The position numbers and the translations under genes were made by a program. Positions 12,628 through 25,049 of a DNA stretch of 64,000 nucleotides are shown piece by piece. This stretch comes from Octopus vulgaris (lineage: Eukaryota), in the NCBI GenBank assembly GCA_951406725.2, contig OX597834.1, positions 10,788,001-10,852,000 on the forward strand, in the 5' to 3' direction. Each line of letters opens with the position of its first letter. Position 1 is the stretch's first letter. The notes below the pieces were generated by a model. It searched no databases, was not told where the DNA came from, and worked only from the letters and a program-made list of their open reading frames with translations.

Positions 12628-13003
12628 TATGGCACCTTTCGTCCTATTTTTCAGCACTGCCATGTGAGCTTAGCGATAAGTATTAAAATCCTTTGAATAG
12701 AGGGTCAGTAGTGACACCTGCATGGTTCGGCTGCTCTAAATACACAAAGGGCAAATACCCTGAAACTAGTCTATATATGCCAGACCCACAAGGGGAAGCG
12801 GCTGACCTCACCTGTTCGAATGTTATAATGGTTCGTTTGTCACATAGGTTCCTTTGTCACACAGCGAGCTAGAGGCGATAGCCTCTTGCAGTTATTTAAC
12901 GGCAGCATTCGACCTATCGTTCTGGAATGTCAAGTCAACTTGGCGATAACTATTAATATCAGTACCGTTGCAGTAGTCTCATTTAGAGAGACTTAGCAGT
13001 ATT
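12626..13003 (+). mobile_element. ~380-bp insert in (TA)n with decayed HHR-like motif at 12737-12777
   Basis: AGGG(CAAATA)CCCT-GAAA-CTAG-TC: stem II, GAAA, palindromic stem III and GUC, but the CUGANGA box is eroded. Both flanks are (TA)n. Confidence 0.45.
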
Positions 13004-13301
13004 AATATATATATATATATAAGCTTGCTGTTAATATATTCTTGATATGATTATGATAAATATGAACACTGCTAGAAAAGATTGAGTAAACATTCAGGTC
13101 TCATAACTTTTATGTTATTTGTTCAAAAAGTCTAAATCAATTATTTCAATTTACTAATTTGAAGAGTTCTGCTATATATTACACTATTAAACGGAACTCC
13201 GTTTAAATTTCTTTGAAACAGTTAATGTAATTTTCTTTTCTTTCTTAATAACGAATAACTAGAAATTACACAAACAAATACGTGAATATTTTATCTTGTC
13301 T

Positions 13302-13519
13302 AAGTCGGTGACATAGCAGAATAGTTGGCGCATCGGGCATAATAACTTAGCGGCATTTCATCCATCTTCACGTTCCGAGTTCAAATCCCGTCGAGGTCAA
13401 CATTGCATTTTATCCTCTCAGCGTCATAATATAAGTACCAGTTGAACGAGGGAGTCGATCTAATCGAGTTACCACATCCCGCAAAACTGCTGGCGTTGTC
13501 CTAAATTTTGAGACCAATA
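13302..13519 (+). mobile_element. Diverged SINE family C
   Basis: GAGTTCAAATCCCGTCGAGGTCAAC...TAAGTACCAGTT similar to family C. Confidence 0.7.
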
Positions 13520-13809
13520 TTTTACCTTATCTCATATTTAATTGAGACAAGCAAAACTTAGCTTATTCTTACGGAGGCTCTGATAAATTTATAAAGTGTT
13601 GCATTGACACTGATAAAAGAAATTCACAAGATAATCGTCTATAATCTGTAATGTCGTTTTCTCATTAGCTGAACTCGATATTAATTTAACCAAGTCAAAC
13701 GTACAAATCTGGAAAACTATTTATATAAACAATTGCAGCGTGGAAGGTGTTTATAAGCCATTGAAGAAACACACAAAACCGTTAGATTCACTTCAACATT
13801 TAAATTTAA

Positions 13810-13860
13810 TTTGTCAAAATATTTTCGTCGCTTTGACACCGCGACCTGTTCACTGACAAA
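13810..13860 (-). ncRNA. Type I hammerhead ribozyme with G3:C8 compensatory core
   Basis: Minus strand: TTTGTCA-GTGAACA-G-GTCGC(GGTGTCAAA)GCGAC-GAAA-ATAT-TT-TGACAAA. Perfect 7-bp stem I, 5-bp stem II, palindromic AATATT stem III. Confidence 0.78.
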
Positions 13861-14712
13861 GCTTCGTGCTGCATCTGAGAAAGTAACAGTTAGTTCATGA
13901 TATATATGTACGTATGTATATGTGTGTATGTATGTATATTTGTATGTATGTATGTATGTATGTATGTATATATGTATGTATGTGCTTATGTATGTATGTA
14001 TGTGCGTATGTATGTATGTGTGTACAAGTATGTGCGCATGCATGTGTGCATGCCTATATGCATGTATTTATATAAAAATATACATAAATAAAATATATAC
14101 CATCGATCCATTTAATCCCTTCATAATCTAATCTCGACACCATCCACTTTTCTTCCCGTATTTAAATTATCAAGCACACTCGTTCCCCATTATAGATTAC
14201 CAAGATTTTATAGATTTTTCAACGACAGGCATTATAAAGCATCAAATTTATTATCATGCATCTCAGATGCTTTCTGTGGAAGCCAGCAAACTACGCATGC
14301 TTAGTTATTTTGCTTACAGCATCAAAGTAATGACTTGAAATTGGTTCAATATTTCAAATTTTTAATTTCACGCATGCGCATAATATTTTGATTTTGTGAA
14401 CTAAAATTATAGTAGGGTCAGTTGAACGCTCATTTAATTATGATTTTATTGAACATATTTCCATCTCAGACTCACATAATTATTGCCTTCGCGATACCAT
14501 TAAAGTCAGGAGCTTTTCAGCAAACGTCGTACACACACACACACATATATATATGTATATATGTATATAAAGATCGGGGTAATGAACATTGTATTTCTCA
14601 CAATTTACCCTTTCTTTTTATGTTGTACCTTTTAGTTTTCTGACTGTTCATTTCTATCATTGTATAACACTAATTTTCAAATAGTTAATAATAACAATAA
14701 ATAAATAAATAT

Positions 14713-14959
14713 ATGCACCCTTTTAAAACCTAGCCAGGCTCGTAGGCCATGTTTCCCGGTTTCAATGGTGTATGTATTCCCCAGCTGGACGTGACGCCAG
14801 TCCATCGCAGCATTACTCGTTGTTGCCAGCTGAGTGGACTGGAGCAACGTGAAATGAAGTGTTTTGCTCAAGAACACAACGCGTCGCCATGTCCAGGAAT
14901 CGAAACCACAATCTTACGATCATGTTGCTGACACCCTAACCACTAAGCCACGCGCCTCC
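14713..14959 (-). mobile_element. SINE family D (V-domain-like)
   Basis: Head GGAGGCGCGTGGCTTAGTGG and CTGCGATGGACTGGCGTC.CGTCCAG motif typical of V-SINEs. Second copy at 57224. Confidence 0.85.
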
Positions 14960-15760
14960 ACGATGATAATAATAATAATAATAATGTCAATCTAATCGAT
15001 GTACAAATTATTTACAAACTTTGGAAAAGATATAAAGTAAGGAAATATAAACAGAATGTTTTAAACAAACCAACTGGTGATTTTATTTTCTTGTTATATT
15101 TTTTATTCGTTTGAAACTCACATAATAATAACTTAATTTTTGTTTTGTTCCTCCTTTCTCACTTTCACAAAGGTTCCAGATGCTTATAAATATATATCGA
15201 GATAATTATCTTGAGTTTATACCCAAATTCTGAAATTTCTGTGAAATGATTCGTTTGATGCTTTGATTGATAAGCTTTAAATAATGATATTTCCACTTTT
15301 ATAGCTAAAATATTCAGGAATTTTCTTTTCGTATAAAGCTAATGATATTATCTTCAAGTAAAAAACAGATACAGCACAAATAACGAATTTTCTCTTTATT
15401 AATCCGGTGAGAATAAAAATAATCGTCTATAAGAAAATATCATGCTGGAATATGTACAACAGCATTTTAGCAGATACTGGAACAGCTGTTCACGTAAAAC
15501 AATGTGACTTTCACGTAGAATACACGAAATTTTGAAAACAGAAGTTGTTCTTTCAAATGATAAAATAATCTTGGAAAGAAACCAGAGACAACTACTTCAA
15601 TGTGAATATTGTTTATAGTAATTATTTTGGAGAAGATACATGTCATTCAAAATGGTAATTTCACTACGCAATAACAGTATTATAAAATAACCGTTATGAT
15701 ATACGTGAAATCATAAGAAGGCTACATATTCGTTAAAACGGCAGTATTCCCAGCAGTTTA

Positions 15761-16395
15761 AGGCCACGAGCTGGCAGAAACGTTAGCACGCCGGGCGAAA
15801 TGCTTAGCGGTATTTCGTCTGCCGATATTTTCTGAGTTCAAATTCCGCCGAGGTCAACTTTGCCTTTCATCCTTTCGGGGTCGCTTAAATAAGTACCAGT
15901 TACGCACTGGGGTAGATATAATCGACGTAATCCGTTTGTCTGTCCTTGTTTGTCCCCTCTGTGTTTAGCCCCTTGTGGGCAGTAAAGAAATAGGTATTTC
16001 GACTGTCTTTACACTTTGAGTTCAAATTCCGCCGAGGTCGACTTTGCCATTCATCCTTTAAGGGTCGATAAATTAAGTACCAGTTGCGTACTGGAGTCGA
16101 TCTAATCGACTGGCCCCCTTCCCCAAAATTTCGGGCCTTGTGCCTAGAATAGAAAAGGACATTTCAAGCATTTTAAGGTGGTGACCTCGCAGACAATTTA
16201 GCACGCAGGGCGAAATGCTTAGCGATATTTCGTCTGTCTTTATTTTATAATTTAAAATTTCGCCGAGGTTGACTCTGACTTCAAAATTTCTGGATCGATA
16301 AATTAAGTACCATTTCCGAACTGGGGTCGACCTGATGGTTCGGCCTCCCTCCCTCCGCCAAAAAATTCATGCCTTGTGCCTAGAGTAGAAAAAGA
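15761..16395 (+). mobile_element. SINE family C dimer (15761-16158) followed by a diverged copy (16175-16395)
   Basis: tRNA head, Meta-like core, long tail, junction GAAATAGGTATTTC, then a second unit with a short tail. Confidence 0.85.
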
Positions 16396-16536
16396 TATTT
16401 CAAGTATTTTGCCACCAATCCCGAAATATATGGCAACCATAGGAAACAGAAACAGCTAAGACTTCATCAACTGATGAATATTCATATTTGACTTCAAACT
16501 GGAACTTCGTAATTATTAATCTTTTCCGGAAAAAAC

Positions 16537-17103
16537 ATTCTTTTCTACTCTTGGCACAAGCCCCGAAATTTTGGCGGGAGTGGGATAGATTATTACATGG
16601 ACACCAGTACGCGGCTGGTACTTAATTTATCGACCCCGAAACGATGAAAGACAAAGTCGACCTCGGCGGAATTTGAACTCAGAAAGGAAAGACAGACGAA
16701 ATAACTATTTCTTTATTATCCACAAGGGGCCAAACATAGAGGGGACAAACAAGGACAGACATAGGTATTAAGTCGATTACATCGACGCCAGTGCGTAACT
16801 GGTACTTATTTAATCGACACCGAAAGTCGACCTCGGCGAAATTTGAACTCAGAACGTAAAGACAGACGAAATACCTATTTCTTTACTACCCACAAGGGGC
16901 TAAACACAGACAGGACAAACAAGGACAGACAAACGGATTAAGTCGATTATATCGACCCCAGTGCGTAACTGGTACTTATTTAATCGACCCCGAAAGGATG
17001 AAAGGCAAAGTCGACCTCGGCGAAATTTGAACTCAGAACGTAACGACAGACGAAATACTGCTAGGCATGTCGCCCGGCCTGCTAACGTTTCTGCCAGCGG
17101 CCT
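16537..17103 (-). mobile_element. SINE family C trimer
   Basis: Head at 17103, two long-tail units and a final short-tail unit. Confidence 0.88.
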
Positions 17104-17525
17104 TCTTTCTTGAATATATTAAAGTAGCAGCTACGTGTGAAAATAACAATGGGCAAACAAGCATATTTCTTTCGTAGGGAATATTTACTAACATATTATG
17201 TTTAAAATTTTTTGCTCTCCAATTACAGCGTATATATATTCTCTTAAATTTTCTGCTTAATTATAAGAAAATCAAAGCCGCTGTATCGAACATTTTCTTT
17301 TTTTTTGCAACGAGTAATATAGAGTGAAAGCTAGAGATAAAGTTTGTTATATAGATACACATTTACACACTAATAAACAGGAGTAACGGGATATGAATGT
17401 TTTGGTCCAGAACACAAACGGCCAAATGGTGATACGAAACCATGATCACCTGATCGGAAGTACAACACTCTAACATATACCCCAAGTACATGTTTATATA
17501 TACATCCATATATAAATATATATAT

Positions 17526-17580
<55 letters not shown>

Positions 17581-17609
17581 TATATAAATACATATATATA
17601 CATATATAT

Positions 17610-17644
<35 letters not shown>

Positions 17645-17647
<3 letters not shown>

Positions 17648-17940
17648 TATTATAAAAGGCAGATTTTATCTGCCTCCCTTTGGGAGTTATAGAAATCTAC
17701 AATATAGGATTTCTTCAATTACAATTTACCTAGCATTTTTGAGAGTACAATGCATCGCGTCATGCCAGGTCCAGTTTTTAAAATTTAAACTCCAATTAAG
17801 CAAAATTTACAGAAAACTCACATTCTGGTGTGTGTGTCAAATGCTTTTCTTAGTCTGGTTTACACCACACGCAAACGCACACACACAGTGGGCAACGAAT
17901 AAAATGAAAGTAAATAGCGACAGAGTGATTTGAGGAAGAC
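17645..17940 (+). mobile_element. Probable 5' part of a Helitron-like element
   Basis: Begins A|TCTTATTATAAAAGGCAGATTTTATCTGCC (TC start, subterminal hairpin). The 3' end was not found. Confidence 0.4.
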
Positions 17941-18170
17941 TAAAGTGAAAGTATTCTGTCTATGACGCTGATAGATACATGAGTAAAATGTATGGGAAGC
18001 TAAGAGCTAAAAGTGAGTGAAAATGTTCTTGGAAGAGAGTAATTAGTAATAAAGTAAACATACACTCATACATACATACACACATACATACATACATACA
18101 TACATACATACACACACACACATACACACACACATACATACACACACACATACATACATACACACATACA

Positions 18171-18236
<66 letters not shown>

Positions 18237-18343
18237 GTATTGAAGCTTGAGAACAATCAGATACATTTGCAACACATCTGTTGAAAATATTATTGTTCAC
18301 ACACATACATATACATATATACATACAGACAGACAGACAGATA

Positions 18344-18383
<40 letters not shown>

Positions 18384-18447
18384 ATCCAGCATGACCACAA
18401 CCTCAAGGCCTGAAACATATAAAAGAATAACAGAATATAAATGTGTG

Positions 18448-18800
18448 CAAAGTACAAGAAATATTAATGCAGTATATGGGGATTGGACAATAAGCGTAAG
18501 GCAGTGTCAATGGTGGTTCCAGAAATCCCGAGCCATAAACTACAGCCTAGAAGACAAGCCTCATCCTGAAAGATCTGTAGAACTCGACAAGGACATCCTG
18601 AAAACCCTGGTGGAACAAAATATCATCGTAACTGTTGAGGAACTAGCAGAGAAGCTTGGATTTGGTCATTCAACCATTCATTGACACCTGTGTGCTATCG
18701 GAAAAGTCAGCAAATTGGGTCAATGGGTTCCTCACGAACTTTCCGAGTCTAATTGCATGCAGAGAGTGAATGTATGCTTTTCTTTGCTGTCATATCTCAC
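18448..18800 (+). pseudogene. Mariner transposase N-terminal fragment
   Basis: STRNINAVYG..ISVRQCQWWFQK..SLEDKPH..TVEELAEKLG..STIH*HLCAIGKVSKLGQWVPHELSE: HTH region and WVPHEL motif, with an in-frame stop. Confidence 0.9.
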
Positions 18801-18819
18801 CACTACTGCGCTATGTATA

Positions 18820-19411
18820 TCTATATATATAAAACTGTAGTTGTGTGAGTGTCTGTCCCCTTCGATTTAGATTCCTAACTACTCCCACATTTTGCGGTAC
18901 AGTTTAACCAAATTCAGGTAGCTTATAGTCGTGATTCATATCGAGCCCGTCTGAATATTAGCGCGCGTCTACGATGAGTCTACGATTTTTAAAATAATTT
19001 AACATCATTTTTTATTCCATTTTAATGCATAATTTTCCGTGTGTCGATGGCGGCGGAGTTGGCGTCCACGCTCACACCTGCACCTGTGGGGAAGGGAGTG
19101 TAAGGAAATCAACGTCGTAATGCGTTGTCAAGGAGACCAGTGTTCTTTTAGAACAACGACTTCATGGCTTGAAGACACCAAAACAGAAATCGCTAAGAAA
19201 GCGTCTACATGAGTCTACGATTTTCGCTATTATATAAGGGAAGTAACTCTCTAAAAATGTCTACGATGAGTCAACGATTTTAAAAAAAATTTACCATCAT
19301 ATTTTTTCCATTTTTAATGCATTTTTTGCTATTTTTTGGCTATAACTCTCTAAAAATGCTTATATAGTTATTTCCCTTACAAACCCGAGCTACGCCGGGC
19401 GATACTGCTAG
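18820..19411 (+). mobile_element. Non-autonomous Helitron, longer variant
   Basis: A|TC start, 3' hairpin CCCGAGCTACGCCGGG then CTAG|T. Same family as 33494 and 50671, with extra internal sequence. Confidence 0.88.
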
Positions 19412-20863
19412 TATATATATATTTCGGAGACTATTTTCTTTAGTCATTGCACGGTGACAGCCATAAGCTTTAACTTTTATAAAGGTAGCATTACTTTTAT
19501 TTACAGGATACAGATATACATACATATATACATTATATATATATATATTTACACACAGGTATTTGTATTTGGTGTCTGAGGATACAAACCGATGCTGTAG
19601 GGAATTTTTTTAATAAGATTATCACTTATCGAATAGCAACCCTGTTAATCCTATATAACATAATACCATATAATATATAAAGAGATAGTAAATAACTTTT
19701 CTCATCCTGTTATTCACTTAAGGTTTATCACTAAGCTACAATATTTGTTGCATTAACGAAAATCTAATTTTTAATACTCCTAATGTTTTCATTATTTCTC
19801 TTATTCCAAAACCTCTGATTTTTATGCTAAAATGTTTACGCATTGTGTGGATACAACTTGAATATCAAAGTTGCTCTTAGTTTAAAACCGCGGTGATGAT
19901 AAGAAAAAAAATCGCAATCAACGATGTTCCACATTCAAACAGTTGCAAATGGACACTAAAATGAATTATATGGTGCAGTTACTTGTATCGCGAAAAACAG
20001 AACAATACACATAATGCCTAGCTACAGAGAAGAGGTGTAATTTTTTGAAAATATACATGAAATAGATTTTATATTTTTGTTGAACACTAATGTTCTTCTA
20101 CTGCTTCCGGTAAAATATTTAGAAATATTTTTTTACTTATTTTGAAAATATAATACACTGAAATGTAAGTCTATGAACTATACGCAAATATTACTAATAC
20201 ATATATTCATATATTTAGACAAACATTTATACGTACACAATAATATATACATGACAACATGCAAATACACACAGAGGTACCATACATGCATATGCAATGG
20301 ATGTCTATGCAAAAATGAGGACTTTCATTTCATGTTAAATAGCTACAAACATAATTTCGTAGCGTAAATATACAATGCTATTTCCATTCTAATTCTATTG
20401 TGATTCTCTTCTAATTACTCCACCATTTGATTCAACTTCATACAAATTAGAGTTTTCGTTCTGTATGCTTTTTGCAGTATGGGTCTGAATCTCACTGTTT
20501 CCAATAACAACATATGTAATTCCCACTAAATTTATTGAGTGCCTGGTTCTTTGTATATACACGTATACATTCATATACATATCTCCCCCCTCTCTCTCTC
20601 TCACACTCTCTCTCTCTCACACTCTCTCTCTCTCACACTCTCTCTCTCTCACACTCTCTCTCTCTCTCACTCTCTCTCTCTCTCTCTCTATGTATATATA
20701 TATAAATATATATATATATATGCACATATTTATTTATATTAAGGGCATTACTACACGTAAATGCCTCATGCAATTACGGACTCTTAAAGTCAAAACTACC
20801 ATAATAAATATACAGTGTACCGAACGCGAGTGAATGCAACCTTTGAAGCGAACTCTTAAAAAC

Positions 20864-20940
20864 AGATTCAACCGCAAGTCATATGACTTCATAGTTAGTA
20901 TACATAATCCACTTCCTAATCGTCAGTGCAGGTATAATCC
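20864..20940 (-). ncRNA. Hammerhead-like motif, atypical or decayed
   Basis: Minus: ACCTGCA-CTGACGA-TTAG...CTAA-CTAT-GAAG-TCATATGA-CT-TGCGGT. G:C replaces A15.1:U16.1 and stem II is irregular. Confidence 0.4.
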
Positions 20941-21237
20941 AGATAGAAAAAAATAAAGAAAATCAAAATATCAGTCGAACACCAAATGTATCCAACACAG
21001 TACATAGAGATGTTCACTCTAATATGTCTATGTAAGAGGCGGGCTTTCCAAATTGCATCTCGGTACACGTGTATAATCAGAATAATTCAGCACTGAATAT
21101 ATTCCGGTTAAATTTAAAATTTAAAATAGGATAAAATCTTTAAAAGGAATAATTATAATTTTTTTCCCTTATGAGGCTTTCACGCTGACTACTTGATAAA
21201 TTCTTATAAATATTTCATCCTATTTTAAATTATATAC

Positions 21238-21320
<83 letters not shown>

Positions 21321-21349
21321 TACATACACATATATATATATAAATATAA

Positions 21350-21427
<78 letters not shown>

Positions 21428-21428
<1 letters not shown>

Positions 21429-21600
21429 GCCATCCCCTAAATAATGCAGTTTCTTCAATTGCATGCAGCAAGTTGTTAGAAAACCAGGTATTAATTTTAC
21501 CACGTATTTATTCTTGGTACAAATTTTGAAGAGTGAAATTCGATTTGAACAGTTATTCTTTCGATGTTATAATGGAAGCTACAAAAGAGCATGTTAGAAA
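21428..21600 (+). mobile_element. Mariner 5' end remnant
   Basis: TIR-like CATCCCCTAAATAATGCAG, then ATGGAAGCTACAAAAGAGCATGTTAG (MEATKEHVR), resembling mariner N-termini. Confidence 0.45.
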
Positions 21601-22210
21601 AAATAATGGAACGTCGTACGTCAAAAAGACAAACTAATGAGAGAAATACATGTATAATTAATGATGAAAACAATTATTTCAGAATTAACTCTTTAACAGG
21701 ATAATATATGCATAGGTCTGAAAAGAAATGAGCGTGAGGACGTATATCTAGATTAATAAATGGGTGATTATATATAAGAGATGTCATTTAATACTTAAAA
21801 TTTTTACAAGTCGTGAGTGTGTTTCAGTAGTAAGAGAGAAAAGAGAGAACCGGTAGAACTAACGGAACGTGAGGAAAAACATTGAAAGCAATATGATAGA
21901 ACCCACCCTTACTTTCCCATGGGTTGCATGAACGATGAAAAACGGAAATAGAGTTGAAACTTGACATGAGCTTCGACATAAGAAAATCAACAGTTATATA
22001 TTGGTTCACTTTCAATAAATATATAATTAGAATATAAGGAGAAGTATTTGCATTCAGTACAGAGGTTTTGAATGTGTATCTCGCCCCTTATATGACGCAT
22101 GTATTCTGTATTTTTTGACATTTATTGTTCTGTTAAGATGAGATCCACAAAAACGGTATTCCATCCAGCAAGTGATAAACATCATTTAATGTACAAAGTA
22201 TAAATATAAT

Positions 22211-22614
22211 AGGGGCAGGAGCGGCTGTGTGGTAAGTAGCTTGCTTACCAACCACATGGTTCCGGGTTCAATCCCACTGCGTGGCACCGTGGGTAAGTGT
22301 CTTCTACTTATAGCCTCGGGTCGACCAAAGCCTTGTGAGTGGATTTGGGAGGCGGAAACTGAAAGTAGCCCGTCGTATATATGTATATATATGTATATGT
22401 GCCTGTGTTTGTGTGTATGTGTTTGTCCCCCTATCATTGCTTGACAACCGATGCTGGTGTGTTTATGTCCCCGTAACTTAGCGGTTCGGCAAAAGAGACC
22501 GATAGAATAAGTACTGGGCTTACAAAGAATAAGTCCCGGGGTCGAGTTGCTCGATTAAGGCTGGTGCACCAGCATGGCCGCAGTCAAATGACTGAAACAA
22601 GTAAAAGAGTAAAG
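22211..22614 (+). mobile_element. SINE family B
   Basis: Full-length match to the other family B copies. Confidence 0.92.
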
Positions 22615-23652
22615 CGTATAAGAAATACAAAAATTTTATGCACAGGTGACACGCGAAAGAACTGGAATCCACTCCCAACTCCTGAGTGAGCAACTGTTTC
22701 GTGGAATTCACACCTCTCTCCGTTGCTTTTTTTTTTCTACAAAACTAGCTTTATTATGGTTTTACTGTACAAAGGGCCATGCCTCTAATTTTCTGTTTTC
22801 TTTTTCGTCTTCTATCATCTTTTTCTGTTTCCCCCTTCCCCATCCTCCTACATATTTCATCTACCTTCTTTCTCGTTATTTCTTTGTTTCGGAGTCCTAA
22901 CATATAATTTCATTAAGCCATCTGTTCTCAGTCCGCATATTGCTTGGAGACAAAAGGCATGTTATAAAAACCTGCCTAGGCTCGCATCTCCAATGCAGGA
23001 AATCATCATTGTCTGCAAACATTTTACCATACTGTTATATCTGCGCCATTATAATTACTAGGGCTCCTTTAATTTCTTTTTGCATTCATTTATTGCTTTC
23101 TCAAAGTATTCATATTTTTGCGTTTAGAGTTTTTGATAATACATTATTTATTTCCATTCTAATCTTGTAAAATTTTGTGTTTGCCTTTAGCCAATAAATT
23201 TAATTTACAATTAATTTAAATTTAGTACATCTTTGTTCATTCGACCAATTACAAAACAGTCGTTTTTATAATTAAATATATTTGTGTACCATACTTTCAG
23301 AGAATGTTGATCAATGGTTCTTCACAGACTAACCTTATTTTACCTTATTTTAAATTGCATTAACTACATTGATGTGTGAAAATGTGTATATTATCCATCT
23401 ACTTCAACAAAAATAATCATATATTTTAATATACTATAGACAACGTTCTCAGCTAATTTCAAATAGTTTAGTTCACCTTCTTATGTTAAGCATCATTTTA
23501 TTTTTCCTATGACACTTATTTCCTCATATTTCTAGTAGTTTCTAGGTCCTAATTTTTCTTTTTACTCTTAGCTGTTTTCTTTACAACTTTATCTTTCTTA
23601 TTTCCTCTTTATGTTTCTCCTCTGTTGCAATCTCTCAATGTTTCGCTTTTCT

Positions 23653-24130
23653 GAGGTTGAGAGCTGGTAGCGTGGTTATCACGCCAGGCAACTTATTTAA
23701 CGGCATAACTTCCGGCTTTACGTTGTGCATTCAAATTCTGCAGAGGTCGAAATTTGTCTTTCATCATTTAGGGGTCGACGAAATAAGTGCTTGTTGAGTA
23801 CTAGGATCAATGTAATCGACTTACCCCCACTGACATAAATGTTGGACTTGTTCCAAAATTTGAATCCGATATTTCTCTGTTGTAAGCTGGTGGTATGGCA
23901 AAATATCTAGGAAACCAGGCGAAACGCTTGGCACCATTTCGTCTGTCTTTAAATTTCGATTTCAAACTGCTCCGTGTCCGATTTTGCCTTTCGTCGTCTA
24001 GGGGTCCATAAAATAAATAGTAGCTGAGCATTGGAGTCGATCTAATCAACCCTAACCCTAACCCTAACCCTAACCCTAACCCTAACCCCTTCGACAGAGG
24101 TTGCTGGCCTGGAGACTAAATTTGAAACCA
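23653..24130 (+). mobile_element. Two diverged SINE family C copies in tandem
   Basis: Degenerate head and TTTCATCATTTAGGGGTCGA-type core, present twice. Confidence 0.65.
24048..24088 (-). repeat. Interstitial telomeric repeat (TTAGGG)6+
   Basis: Six perfect AACCCT units plus a partial unit. Confidence 0.9.
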
Positions 24131-24703
24131 ATTCTCCCCTTCGGTCTTAAACACATTTGTCAACCAGATGTTCAATTTTTCTCTATAACCTATTTTATAA
24201 ACCCCTTAATTTTCTATATGATTACACATTATTTCCACCTCAACATATCTTCTGCATTTTGTATTCTATATTTAATCCACTTCTTTTAATCTGCTATTTT
24301 TCCCAAAGTCTGTCTTCTATTTTCCTTATTTCCTGTGTCTTTGTACCTAATATTTTGCCGAATGTCTTCTTGTTAATCCAATATTTCTCGTTTCGATTTG
24401 TTGCACTTAATTTCGAAACCATCGCGAATTGTATTCTTCCTTTCACTCTTCTTAATTATTTAGTTTACATAGCCTTTTCATTTCTAATTGAATTCTGGTC
24501 TCCATCTTAAAATCATTTAAAATATCTCCATTTTAGTGGTTTCCTCTGAAGAAGCAGGAGATGAGACAGTTGCCAAATTGTAAATAAACAGCAAATAAAT
24601 GAACACATATACACGCAAATTAATGTATATATGTGGGTGTATATGTATGGGAGAGAGTTTGTATTATTGAGAGTATCCAAGTTTTCACATGAGCACATGT
24701 ATG

Positions 24704-24768
<65 letters not shown>

Positions 24769-24805
24769 TTATGTATGTATGTATATATGTATGTATATAT
24801 ATATG

Positions 24806-24868
<63 letters not shown>

Positions 24869-25007
24869 ATAGACACACTCAGATCACTCATATAAACACT
24901 TGTAAATAGCTAATATCACACACACACATACAGATACCACTACGCGCACACACACTACCTACCAGACACACACAGACACGGTATCAAGCACACAATATCC
25001 GCTGACA

Positions 25008-25049
<42 letters not shown>

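Noticed and set aside
14290-14382. GCATGCGCA (NRF1-like) promoter motif
   Set aside because: It is a short motif with no linked first exon or other support.
22685-22730. Minus-strand GTG..CAC-GAAACAGTT hammerhead-like half
   Set aside because: The core box is unrecognisable, so it is too decayed to call.
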